From Candidatus Doudnabacteria bacterium (GTDB taxonomy: Bacteria; Patescibacteriota; Doudnabacteria; UBA920): a stretch of DNA of 64,000 nucleotides. Shown here in pieces: positions 37,954 through 46,862 of the stretch (position 1 is the stretch's first letter; each line of letters begins with the position of its first letter). A program made the translations under genes and the position numbers. The notes beneath the pieces were generated by a model. The model saw only the letters and a list, made by a program, of their open reading frames with translations. It did no database searches and was not told where the DNA came from. The stretch lies in assembly GCA_031291995.1 (NCBI GenBank), contig JARLHZ010000010.1:37155-101154 (forward strand), in the 5' to 3' direction.

Positions 37954-38259
37954 CTAAATTGCCTTATCCGCCCATGGTATAGCTCTGAGCCGATCTTCGG
38001 AAATTTCCTTCCCATCGACTCCAATGCCATACGTCCCGTTTTCAATTTTCTCCAGCGCTTTATCAATTTTTTCCAAATCAAGTGTCACTCGGGCAATCAT
38101 ATCCTGACTGACTTCATCGTCTTCGACTTCCTGAGCGTTGGAATCTATGTCGGCTCCCAATTCTTCATGAGGGTTTAGCCCCGCCAAATCATTTTGCAAC
38201 TTTTGTTTCGCGGCCAGCAATTGCTGCTTCATTTCTTCAATAAATTCTTTGTTTAGCAT
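37954..38259 (-). CDS. DksA/TraR-like protein lacking the C4 zinc finger
   Basis: Coiled-coil N-terminus and a C-terminal ENGTYGIGVDGKEISEDRLRAIPWA resembling the DksA C-terminus without cysteines. Confidence 0.45.
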   Translation of the reverse strand: MLNKEFIEEMKQQLLAAKQKLQNDLAGLNPHEELGADIDSNAQEVEDDEVSQDMIARVTLDLEKIDKALEKIENGTYGIGVDGKEISEDRLRAIPWADKAI

Positions 38260-38284
38260 AAAAGTTTAATTAAATTAATTCTCA

Positions 38285-38410
38285 TATCCGCGGGCTCGGA
38301 CCGCCGTAAAATTTTTTTGCCCCGCGCCTTGCCCGCCCAAGCTTTACTACTACCAACACCGTTCGTTGGCAAGGCGTAGAGGCAAAACAAATTTTTCGGC
38401 GGCCCGAGCC
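38285..38410. repeat. About 125-bp GC-rich nested hairpin (gggctcggaccgccg ... cggcggcccgagcc enclosing cgccttgcc ... ggcaaggcg) in the leader of the dksA-like gene
   Basis: Read directly. Confidence 0.55.
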
Positions 38411-38958
38411 TTACCCGAAAGGCATATATTTTGCCTGTAATTCTTTCTTGCATTATATCCGATAACATTCGGTCTGGCAATTTTTTTGCCCTTAAGTAAG
38501 TTGTTAAGCCATAGAAAAAGGCCCTTTCGGGCCTAGCAAATTGAAAGCAAAATGTCTAGCGAAAAGGGCCTTGTAACCGGGTTTCGATCGGTCACGCGCC
38601 GCTTAAGCTCCAAGGCCAAAACTTTTTGGTCCTAAACCTTAAGCAGCGGGCAACACTCTGTCGAATTCCGGCCTTCCCGGCATAACAGCCAGGAGAGCGT
38701 CTGAATTCCAACCTAATGTCAAACTACACTCTAAACTTCTCTTGTGGTGAATTAACACCTTAACAATTTGATTAACCTAATTTTGGGCTAATCCTTCATT
38801 TTTATTTTTGTTTTACAAACAGCCTGGATTGGACAGGCTATGACGAGAAGTTTAAAGGAAAACTGATTTTAAAAACGATTAAAAGCAGGTTTCCTTCAGT
38901 GAGTTTGAACCGCCTTTGGGGCGGAGTTTTTAAAGAGCTACAATCTTTGTTTCAATAT

Positions 38959-39123
38959 TTATCCACAAAACTTATATATTTAGGATAACATCCATACTGG
39001 CTTTTGTCAATAAACACGAGTTTTTTTATACTGTTTCCTTTTAAATAAAAGGGGTTTTAAGTTCAAATCGACTAAAAAGAGATAAAAACCGTACTTTTCC
39101 ACAATTGTATAATTTGTGGATAA
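38959..39123. promoter_or_regulatory. Cluster of DnaA-box-like 9-mers (TTATCCACA at 38959; TTTTCCACA at 39095; TGTGGATAA at 39115) in a large ORF-free region
   Basis: Two perfect and one near-perfect consensus DnaA boxes within 165 bp; AT-rich tracts nearby. Confidence 0.4.
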
Positions 39124-39149
39124 GTTGTGAAATTCTCCATCAGCTAGAA

Positions 39150-41546
39150 CTATTCTGCCAATTTAGCCCCGGGCAGGGTTTTATAATAGTCCTTAAACAC
39201 TAAAGCGTAAGGTTTATCCAGTTTTTGATCAATAACATAGATGTCTTCCAGCTCGTCAGTATAAAAAAACTTTAATACTTCATGAAAATTCAATAAAGCC
39301 TTAGGCAGGGCATAATCGTTAAAAGCGTTATTTAAGGTTTTCCCCAGCGCTTCCTGGTACGGATGGGTAAACTGGTCAAAAGGCAGGCGGCATACTATCA
39401 ACCTTTTTACCGCCAGTTTGCCGACCGGCTCCACCGGGTTTTGCGCGGCCAAATGTTTAAGGATAAATTTATCGGTACATAGCAGGAGGCTGTTTTTATG
39501 AATAGAGAAGTTCCGAAAGATTTTATTGCTGCCGCCGGAATTATTTTGAACAAGCAGGGAAGCAAAGCTTTTTAACTCTTGATATGTCTGGTCATAAAAT
39601 TCCCGGACTTGAACTTGGCCGGCAAATAAAATCGCGGCCGGCAGAACATCGGCATCGGAGATCAATTCCCGAAGTTTATCCTGCGTTGCGCCCGCGGCCA
39701 GGCAATGGAAAGTAATACCCGCCTGTTTTTTTGCCAGACTCTTTTTCTCCCCGGAAAATAAGTCCCCTTGTTTTGCCGGCAAGGCTTTGCGCTTGGAACC
39801 GATAAACTCCACCGTGCCGCGATCAAAATCCTCCAAACCCAAACGAGCAATAAAAAAATCGGTAACGACCGCGTTATCCAGCGAATCGGCAAAACTAATG
39901 GAGACAAAAGGCCGGAGCGTTTTGCCCACCAGATCTTTAATATCCAGCGGCATGCTCAAAAACGCGCAGCGATTTTCCGCCAGTTCAATCCATTTAACAC
40001 GGTTTTCCTGCTGAGTAAAAAAATCCTCCAGGTTTAAAATAAATTTTTCGATTATCGCGGATTTAAAAACTTTATTGTGTTTGGCCAGCTTGACCGTATA
40101 ATTTTCCGCGGAATTTTTAATCTTCTGGTATTTTTCGTCATATTCGCTCTGTTCCGAAATTTTATAATACTGGAAGGTCGGGGGGTTGGTCTGGAGCAGG
40201 GCGCTTGCCAGCCCAAAAAATAAATCGCCGTCGGCCAAGGCCTGACTGACAGTCACCGCGTACTTTTCCAGGCCAAAGCCGCCTTCGGGGTCAAAATATG
40301 ATTTTAGTAAATAATTAATATAACCCCAGCTGACCTTGCTCCCCATATCGGCCGTGATTATTCTTTCAAATTCATTTAAGCCGCAAATAACCGTCTTGCG
40401 CTTTGTGTAATAGCCAAGGCTTGAAAGCTGCAGGAAAACTTCCTGGTCGCAGGCGATAAGCCCTTCGGCCTCCTGTCCGTTAAGTTCTCCTCCGCTGATA
40501 AGTTCCTTAAACTGGCCGCCAAAAAAAGACAAATTCAAATCCATAAATGTTTCGGTTTGCCAGTTCGTCTGGCGCCAGACCAAAACTTTCAGAATAAATT
40601 TAATTTGTTCAACCGATAAATTTTTTTGTTTTATCAGGGATTCAAACTTATTTTCGTTAAATGTCTGCTCCGGCAGAAAAATTGGTTTGGCCACTAATTT
40701 TTGGCGGTATAATTCCAAAACCTGCCTGGATTTTGGGATAACCAGGAGAGACTTGGCCTGTTGATTCGCCAGCGACAAGGCTAACCATGGAACGTAATCC
40801 GCGGCTAAAGAAAAATTATAAACCCGTTTTCCTTCGAGTTTAAAAACCCCGGATTTTGGCGCGATTTCCCGCGACCGGTCAGAAATTATTGGAAAACTCC
40901 AGGCGGGAAGATTAATATCCAGCAAGGGACTCCAGGTAAAATTGTACGGCTCAATAAATGACGCGATTTGCTTTTTTAGTTTATCCGGCAGACCCCGATA
41001 CAGCTGTAAAAGTTTCTCCAATAATTTTAGAGTCGCTTTGCTGTCGGCAAGGGCGCGATGGGCGTCTTTATGTTCAATGCCAAAAGTATGCATCAAGTTT
41101 TCCAAATTATAGCTGTGATGTGTCGGCAGCAGCCATTGCACCAAGTCCAATGTATCGATTGATTCTCCGGAAAACTTTATGCCAAAACCCTGTAAAAATT
41201 TTATATCAAAAGCAATATTGTGCCCGACAATTACGGCATCCTTAAGAAGTTCCTGCAGTTCATCGCGATGCTCCGAAAATGGTTCCGCGTTATCCAACTC
41301 CGCCTGTCTTATTCCGGTCAACCCCAAAATATTTGCCGGCACTTCGCCATGGGGTTTAAATACCCTGCTATACTCTTTGGCAATCTTAATTCGCGCCGGC
41401 TTCGCACCGGTCCCGTTTTTCGTGTCCGGCTTCGTGTCAAATTCAAAAAACACGAAGCCTATTTCCAAAACCTCATTCTTCAACGGATCAAACCCGCTGG
41501 TTTCAATATCCAAACTGCAATAAATTTTATCCTTTTTTAATGTCAT
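39150..41546 (-). CDS. DnaQ-like DEDDh 3'-5' exonuclease domain fused to a large (about 600 aa) uncharacterised C-terminal region, possibly a degenerate DinG-like helicase
   Basis: Exo I LDIETSGFD, Exo II VIVGHNIAFDIKFL, Exo III HRALADSKAT; no intact Walker A/B in the remainder. Confidence 0.6.
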   Translation of the reverse strand: MTLKKDKIYCSLDIETSGFDPLKNEVLEIGFVFFEFDTKPDTKNGTGAKPARIKIAKEYSRVFKPHGEVPANILGLTGIRQAELDNAEPFSEHRDELQELLKDAVIVGHNIAFDIKFLQGFGIKFSGESIDTLDLVQWLLPTHHSYNLENLMHTFGIEHKDAHRALADSKATLKLLEKLLQLYRGLPDKLKKQIASFIEPYNFTWSPLLDINLPAWSFPIISDRSREIAPKSGVFKLEGKRVYNFSLAADYVPWLALSLANQQAKSLLVIPKSRQVLELYRQKLVAKPIFLPEQTFNENKFESLIKQKNLSVEQIKFILKVLVWRQTNWQTETFMDLNLSFFGGQFKELISGGELNGQEAEGLIACDQEVFLQLSSLGYYTKRKTVICGLNEFERIITADMGSKVSWGYINYLLKSYFDPEGGFGLEKYAVTVSQALADGDLFFGLASALLQTNPPTFQYYKISEQSEYDEKYQKIKNSAENYTVKLAKHNKVFKSAIIEKFILNLEDFFTQQENRVKWIELAENRCAFLSMPLDIKDLVGKTLRPFVSISFADSLDNAVVTDFFIARLGLEDFDRGTVEFIGSKRKALPAKQGDLFSGEKKSLAKKQAGITFHCLAAGATQDKLRELISDADVLPAAILFAGQVQVREFYDQTYQELKSFASLLVQNNSGGSNKIFRNFSIHKNSLLLCTDKFILKHLAAQNPVEPVGKLAVKRLIVCRLPFDQFTHPYQEALGKTLNNAFNDYALPKALLNFHEVLKFFYTDELEDIYVIDQKLDKPYALVFKDYYKTLPGAKLAE

Positions 41547-41732
41547 AACTGCCTAATTTTACCACACCCCCGCCAATAAAAAAACCCACCCAAACTTAGG
41601 TAGCAGGTCCAATTGCTAGACCATCTCGGAACAGGTGGAAAACCTTTTTGGGCTTTGGCAAGAGATATTTATTTTACGATGATTAAAAATTCTGAAATCA
41701 AATTTGCTATAGCCGCCAAGTTAAAAAGATAT

Positions 41733-43584
41733 TTAAAGATAGCCATTCCTGCTTTTCTCTTCCAAGGCATTTGCTAAAGGAGAATCTAGATTAAGAACCA
41801 CCCATCTTTTTTGTCCACCATGATACAATGTGTTCCATTTCATTGCCATAGGAATTCTTTTAGCGGCTATTGCTTCCTCAGGAGTTTGCCAGTGAGCGTC
41901 GTTTGTTTGAATGGCTTGCTCTAAAATTTGGTCTTCTGCTCGATTTAATCTTTCAACTTGCACCGAATACAATTCTCTGTTTGGACCTTTGGGATTTATT
42001 CGTTGGTCAGATATTCTTAGAACCTCCATTGCAAAATGTATGTCAGCCAAGTCTAAACTGCTTGCATCTGACTTTTTTATCATCTGGACAATCCGCATGG
42101 CATCTTGTTCGGTTGGCTCTTTAAAATCATCAACGAAATGCCCCTTAGAGTCACGCCCTAAAAGAGTCCCGTTATATTCATCTTCAAGTGCTTTTATAGT
42201 AACAGCATTGTCTTTGGGTTCAGCCATTTCTGTTTTGGCGGCAGAAAGCTTCCCTGTTAAGAAGGCATTGTAATCTGATTCTATCTGTTTAACTGTCCCT
42301 CGAGCTTTTTCCGCCAACTCATAAAATTTAGCCTTCAGGTTAATTTCATCGCCAGATTCTGAAAGCTGTTTTATTTCTTGCACGGCCTGAGCCATATCTG
42401 GCCCAGTTTCAGGTAGTCCAATCCTACAAACCTCACTGCTAATAAATTTAAGCTCGTCTGGGATAGTTGAAACTCTTTTAGGCATGGACATGCTCCTTGG
42501 CGGCGGTTTCATTGGGTCAAATGACCCTTCCGGCATTGGAGGACAATCTTGCAATTCCACTTTGTCAGGATATAATTTAATCAACGTTTTAAAAAGTTCT
42601 GCGTAATTTGGACTGTAAACTTCGCTAATCATCAATTCTAGTTTTTCGTCCCTGTTCTGTCTATACCAATCCAGAAATGATGCCATTAGGTGGTATTTTG
42701 TAATCGTCGAGGCATATGGATCGGTACTGCCCGCTTCCATAGTTTGAGCATCAGCCGTAAACAGTTGTTCGAATTTCACCTGGAAAATTTTACCGTCATG
42801 GGAAACCGCATTAGCCAAGGGATGGTCTGAGTGTTCGCCTTTGAGCCAATACTTAAAAGATTCTATAAACCTATCACTTGGATCAACCCCGGCAACCCTT
42901 CTTTCTACCATAGTTGTTAAACCCTCATTATAAAGAATACTGTAAAAATAACTCTCTGGCTCTAGCGTATGGGTGTACTCGTGGACAAATGTATCTTCTG
43001 GAGCTGCGTTGGCACCAGAAATAATATTTATGTTTTTTTTTGACTGCTTTTTTGTCAGTAAAGCCGGCCGTGGTCTCCGTGGCAATATCTTTAGAGGTAG
43101 TTGCTCCGTGAATCAGTATCGGCGGGACTTCCGCCTGGGTTGCTCTTTTATATTTATCTGGCAAAAATTTATCCGCCAGTTCAAAATCTTTTTTATATTC
43201 GCCCTTTTTTAAATAATTCAAAAACCTATCTACGAGTTGTTGGTCGCTTGGCGCAATATCGGGGTCAACATAAACTGTTAAGCCAGTCTCTAATACTTCT
43301 TTTCTGAATTTCCTTTTTATAACCTCGGCGACTTCGGGCTGGGTGCTAAATACTTCGCTTATAACGTTACTACGTTCTAAAATAGAAAGTTCCGCTAATT
43401 CACTTTTTGTTTTTTCGTCATTTTCTAGTAACTCTTTTCTTTTATCCACCTCGTCATTGATAGTAAGGGCTTCTTCATGGTATTCATCCATCTTCGCCCG
43501 TTTTTCAGCATCAGAAAATTGACCAAATTTTTCTTGGTCAACAATTTTGCTAAAGTCGAATTGTTCGTTAGATCCTCTCGGCAT
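41733..43584 (-). pseudogene. HExxH-motif protein gene split by a frameshift at a T9-10 homopolymer (track ORFs 41733-43085 and 42928-43584)
   Basis: Two overlapping same-strand ORFs; homopolymer tttttttttt at about 43033-43044; VHEYTH motif in the downstream part; AT-rich region. Confidence 0.45.
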
Positions 43585-44004
43585 ATAACCTTATTTGCTA
43601 TATTATATACCTTTTTGGTCGTATACAAAACCAAAAAGTTTTCCAATTCCCAGTGGATTAGCAAATGGATTTTGAAAAAATTAAAATTTCAATTACTATT
43701 TGTACGCAGTCTAAATATTCATTTGATCTATTCCCAGTGGCGCTTGCATTTGGTAAACTTTAAAGCCCCACATTAGCCGGGGTTTAAAGTGGCTTAATTT
43801 TAGGTCAAAATCAGATTTTAATCTTTTTCTATCAGTCCATGTTTTTGCAAAAATTGGACTATCGGCTTGGCGCATTTTAGACAAATAGAATAATGGGGAA
43901 CCGGACTTAAATAACCAATGCTTATTTCATTATCGTATTCAACTTCTTTGAAACAAATATCGCATTTTGTGATATACATAAATTTTTGGTTGTTTTTTTA
44001 TAAT

Positions 44005-44119
44005 TGACAAAAAAAATTGAACTGCTATAATTTAATTACTTTTGGGATATACCCACCGATCCGGAGTTTAGGCTCCGGTGATTATTTGGAAACTCGAGCA
44101 ATGTCTCGAGTTTTTGTTT
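44005..44119 (+). ncRNA. Candidate small RNA: consensus sigma70 promoter (TTGACA-16-TATAAT) followed by two hairpins and a terminator, antisense to the 3' end of the mazF-like gene
   Basis: ttgaca 44005-44010, tataat 44027-44032; hairpins ccggagtttaggctccgg and ctcgagcaatgtctcgag followed by tttttgttt. Confidence 0.45.
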
Positions 44120-44476
44120 AATTTCAATAAGATCCTTATTTTCCAACGTCGCAAGCCTCCTCTGAAACCTGTTTACATGAAACATTCTAATCTGATACAA
44201 AAGCACAAATTGAGTAACGCCATTAACAAGAACACTTGAAAACCAAGAACCGATTTTTGGTTGAGTAGATAGCGGTATGCCAATAAAACTGACTGACGAC
44301 AACTTCCTAACAACCAAGACAGGCCTTCTAAAAGTAACCCCTTTACCACATGATTCACTGCCGATATTTATTCCAACGGAACACCACCAAATATCCCCAG
44401 ATTTGAAAAGAAATTTTTCAGACCTCCTTTCTAAAGCTTTTTTCTTTTCATTCCAATTATCAAAATCCTTTTGCAT
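44036..44476 (-). CDS. PemK/MazF-like endoribonuclease-fold protein (orphan; no adjacent antitoxin ORF)
   Basis: SGDIWWCSVGINIGSESCGKGVTFRRPVLVVRK ... FIGIPLSTQPK resembles the MazF/PemK core. Confidence 0.5.
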   Translation of the reverse strand: MQKDFDNWNEKKKALERRSEKFLFKSGDIWWCSVGINIGSESCGKGVTFRRPVLVVRKLSSVSFIGIPLSTQPKIGSWFSSVLVNGVTQFVLLYQIRMFHVNRFQRRLATLENKDLIEIKQKLETLLEFPNNHRSLNSGSVGISQK

Positions 44477-44560
44477 TTAGGCCTCCAAACTGTCTATTAA
44501 CAAGCCAGAGGCCACATATTGTGGCCTCTGGGGTCTATAGATTTAAATTTATAAGCCGAC

Positions 44561-45634
44561 TTATTTTACTTCCACTTCATCGGCTACTTCTTCCGTCTGC
44601 TTGACCGGAATTGCGTCGCCCGCTTTAACTTTGTCGCGGACGGCTTTGTCCACGTCTTTAAAGACTTTGGGATTGTCGCGCAAAAATTGTTTGGCTGTTT
44701 CTTTGCCCACGCCAAGTTTCACTTCTCCAAAACTGTGAGTATTGCCGCTTTTTTCTATGACGCCGATGAGTACGCCCGTATCCAATAAATCCCCGGCCGC
44801 GCTAATGCCTTCGTTATACATAATATCGAACTCGGCAATTTTAAACGGCGCGGCAACTTTATTTTTAACTATTTTCGCTTTTACGCGGTTACCGATAATT
44901 TTATCGCCGTTTTTTATTTGCGCGTTGCGGCGCACCTCAATGCGGACGGATGCGTAAAATTTTAACGCGTTGCCGCCGGTCGTTGTTTCCGGATTGCCGA
45001 ACATAACGCCGATTTTCATACGGATCTGGTTGATAAAAATAACTGTTGTGCTGGTTTTGGAAATAATCGCGGTTAATTTGCGCAGCGCCTGGGACATTAG
45101 CCTGGCCTGCAGGCCCATGTGACTGTCGCCCATTTCACCTTCAATTTCGTTGCGAGGAGTCAGCGCGGCGACAGAGTCTATAACAATTAAATCCAGCCCG
45201 TTGGACCGAACCAAAGTTTCGCAAATATCCAAAGCCTGCTCGCCGTTATCAGGCTGTGAAATTAGCAGGTCTTCCAATTTAACGCCGATGCGTTTGGCAT
45301 ATTCGGGATCCAGCGCGTGCTCGGCGTCTATAAAAGCCGCGAGTCCCCCCCGTTTTTGTACTTCGGCTATCATATGCAAAGTTAATGTGGTTTTTCCGGA
45401 TGACTCCGGACCGTATATTTCAATAACCCGCCCCTTGGGAATGCCGCCAACTCCCAGGGCTAAATCCAAACTAATACTGCCCGTGGGAATGGATTCCACG
45501 TCCATGGTTTTGGAATCGGACAGCTTCATAATGCTTCCGGCACCGAACTTTTCCTGGATCTGGTCCATGGCGCTGGTTACGGCTTTCCACTTCCCGGCAT
45601 CAGCCGCCGGCGTTTTTGTTGTTTGTTTCGTCAT
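44561..45634 (-). CDS. recA: Recombinase RecA
   Basis: Walker [11 protein letters not shown]; conserved RecA blocks throughout. Confidence 0.97.
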   Translation of the reverse strand: MTKQTTKTPAADAGKWKAVTSAMDQIQEKFGAGSIMKLSDSKTMDVESIPTGSISLDLALGVGGIPKGRVIEIYGPESSGKTTLTLHMIAEVQKRGGLAAFIDAEHALDPEYAKRIGVKLEDLLISQPDNGEQALDICETLVRSNGLDLIVIDSVAALTPRNEIEGEMGDSHMGLQARLMSQALRKLTAIISKTSTTVIFINQIRMKIGVMFGNPETTTGGNALKFYASVRIEVRRNAQIKNGDKIIGNRVKAKIVKNKVAAPFKIAEFDIMYNEGISAAGDLLDTGVLIGVIEKSGNTHSFGEVKLGVGKETAKQFLRDNPKVFKDVDKAVRDKVKAGDAIPVKQTEEVADEVEVK

Positions 45635-45761
45635 AAATTTAGCTTAGCTTATAACAATTGGTTAATAACCGGTAACTGTTATAAGTTATTTATTATAAAT
45701 TACCGATCATAATTATTTTATACGAACGTTCACCTATTGTCAAACAATGCTTGTGGATAAC

Positions 45762-46718
45762 CTACTTTGGAGCGGGAATAGATGTCGGCAAAGCAGGCGC
45801 GAAAAATGACACATTATTAAGAGGCTCTTTGCTCTTACCCATTGGCCCCAAATTTTGGCCATCCAGCCAAACTACCGTGGCGCCGGCATTGGACGTGGAA
45901 ATAACTATTTTTTGAGCCGCGGTAAAAACTTTACTGTCGCCTGAATTAAAACTGAACGTTTGGGAAGATTGATCGTCGATTGCGGCGTTTAGGGTTACAG
46001 CCGCGCTAAGATCAATTTTTAATGACAGCGGGGTACTGCTGGCTACCGCGGAGCTCGTTATATTTATACTTTGGCTGGCCGTTTTCCCAAATCGGTTGCT
46101 GGCGGTAACCACTATGGTTTTTGGTCCCGGAGTCAGACCGATTTGCGTTTCAAATTTTCCTTTTGCGTCCACAAAAACATTTTCCTTGTTTACCGTAACC
46201 TGGGCAGACGGGTCGGTTTGCCCGGCAACGTCGGTGGAAGATCCGGAAATGACCGAGTTGTTTTGCGGTGAAAAAACCGTCAGGCCCGGCGTTTTATTTA
46301 TCGATAAAACCTGCCAAACTATGTAGGCCACGGTAAGAGCGACAAATAGCATACTGCCGACTAAACTAATAATCTTCGGAGTCACCACCATCTTCCCCAA
46401 AAACCGCCGCTGCCAGGCCGCGGTGGCCTGTCCGGCCGAACGCGCAATCTGCTGGCTTATGCCTTTTTCCTTTTTAAATTGAGCGACCAATTCGTCAGGG
46501 TCGGCCGAGTATAAAACGGCAAGCTGCCGCAAAAAACCAAAAACATAAACATCGGCCGGCAGGCTTTTAAATTCCCCCAGCTCCAGGGCTTCCAAAAATT
46601 TAAGCTTGATGCCTGTTTTTTTTGAAACTTCTTCCAGCGTTAATTCCAAACTGACGCGAGCGGACTTTAAAAATTCGCTTAAAATTTCCGTCTGAATTTT
46701 TTTTCGTTCAAATAACAT
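45762..46718 (-). CDS. RodZ-like cytoskeleton protein (XRE HTH, TM helix, extracellular domain)
   Basis: N-terminal HTH (LTLEEVSKKTGIKLKFLEALE), single TM helix, S/T-rich C-terminal domain. Confidence 0.6.
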   Translation of the reverse strand: MLFERKKIQTEILSEFLKSARVSLELTLEEVSKKTGIKLKFLEALELGEFKSLPADVYVFGFLRQLAVLYSADPDELVAQFKKEKGISQQIARSAGQATAAWQRRFLGKMVVTPKIISLVGSMLFVALTVAYIVWQVLSINKTPGLTVFSPQNNSVISGSSTDVAGQTDPSAQVTVNKENVFVDAKGKFETQIGLTPGPKTIVVTASNRFGKTASQSINITSSAVASSTPLSLKIDLSAAVTLNAAIDDQSSQTFSFNSGDSKVFTAAQKIVISTSNAGATVVWLDGQNLGPMGKSKEPLNNVSFFAPALPTSIPAPK

Positions 46719-46719
46719 G

Positions 46720-46860
46720 CGGGCAATATCAAATTACAAATGTTAAATTACAAACAAAATCCAAATGTCAAAAATCAAATTACTCCGGCATTATAATAAA
46801 TTTGATTTTGATATTTGGATTTTGGTCTTGATTTGAAATTTTAAATTTGTAATTTTTAAT
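46720..46860. repeat. AT-rich simple-repeat tract (caaattacaaatg / atttgattttgatatttggattttg units), same family as 25800-25935
   Basis: Read directly. Confidence 0.6.
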
Positions 46861-46862
46861 TA

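Noticed and set aside
44487-44531. Hairpin ccagaggccacatattgtggcctctgg as the recA terminator
   Set aside because: The stem is good, but the following tract on the minus strand (cttgtt) is a weak U-run. It is kept as a possible hairpin only and not called as a feature.
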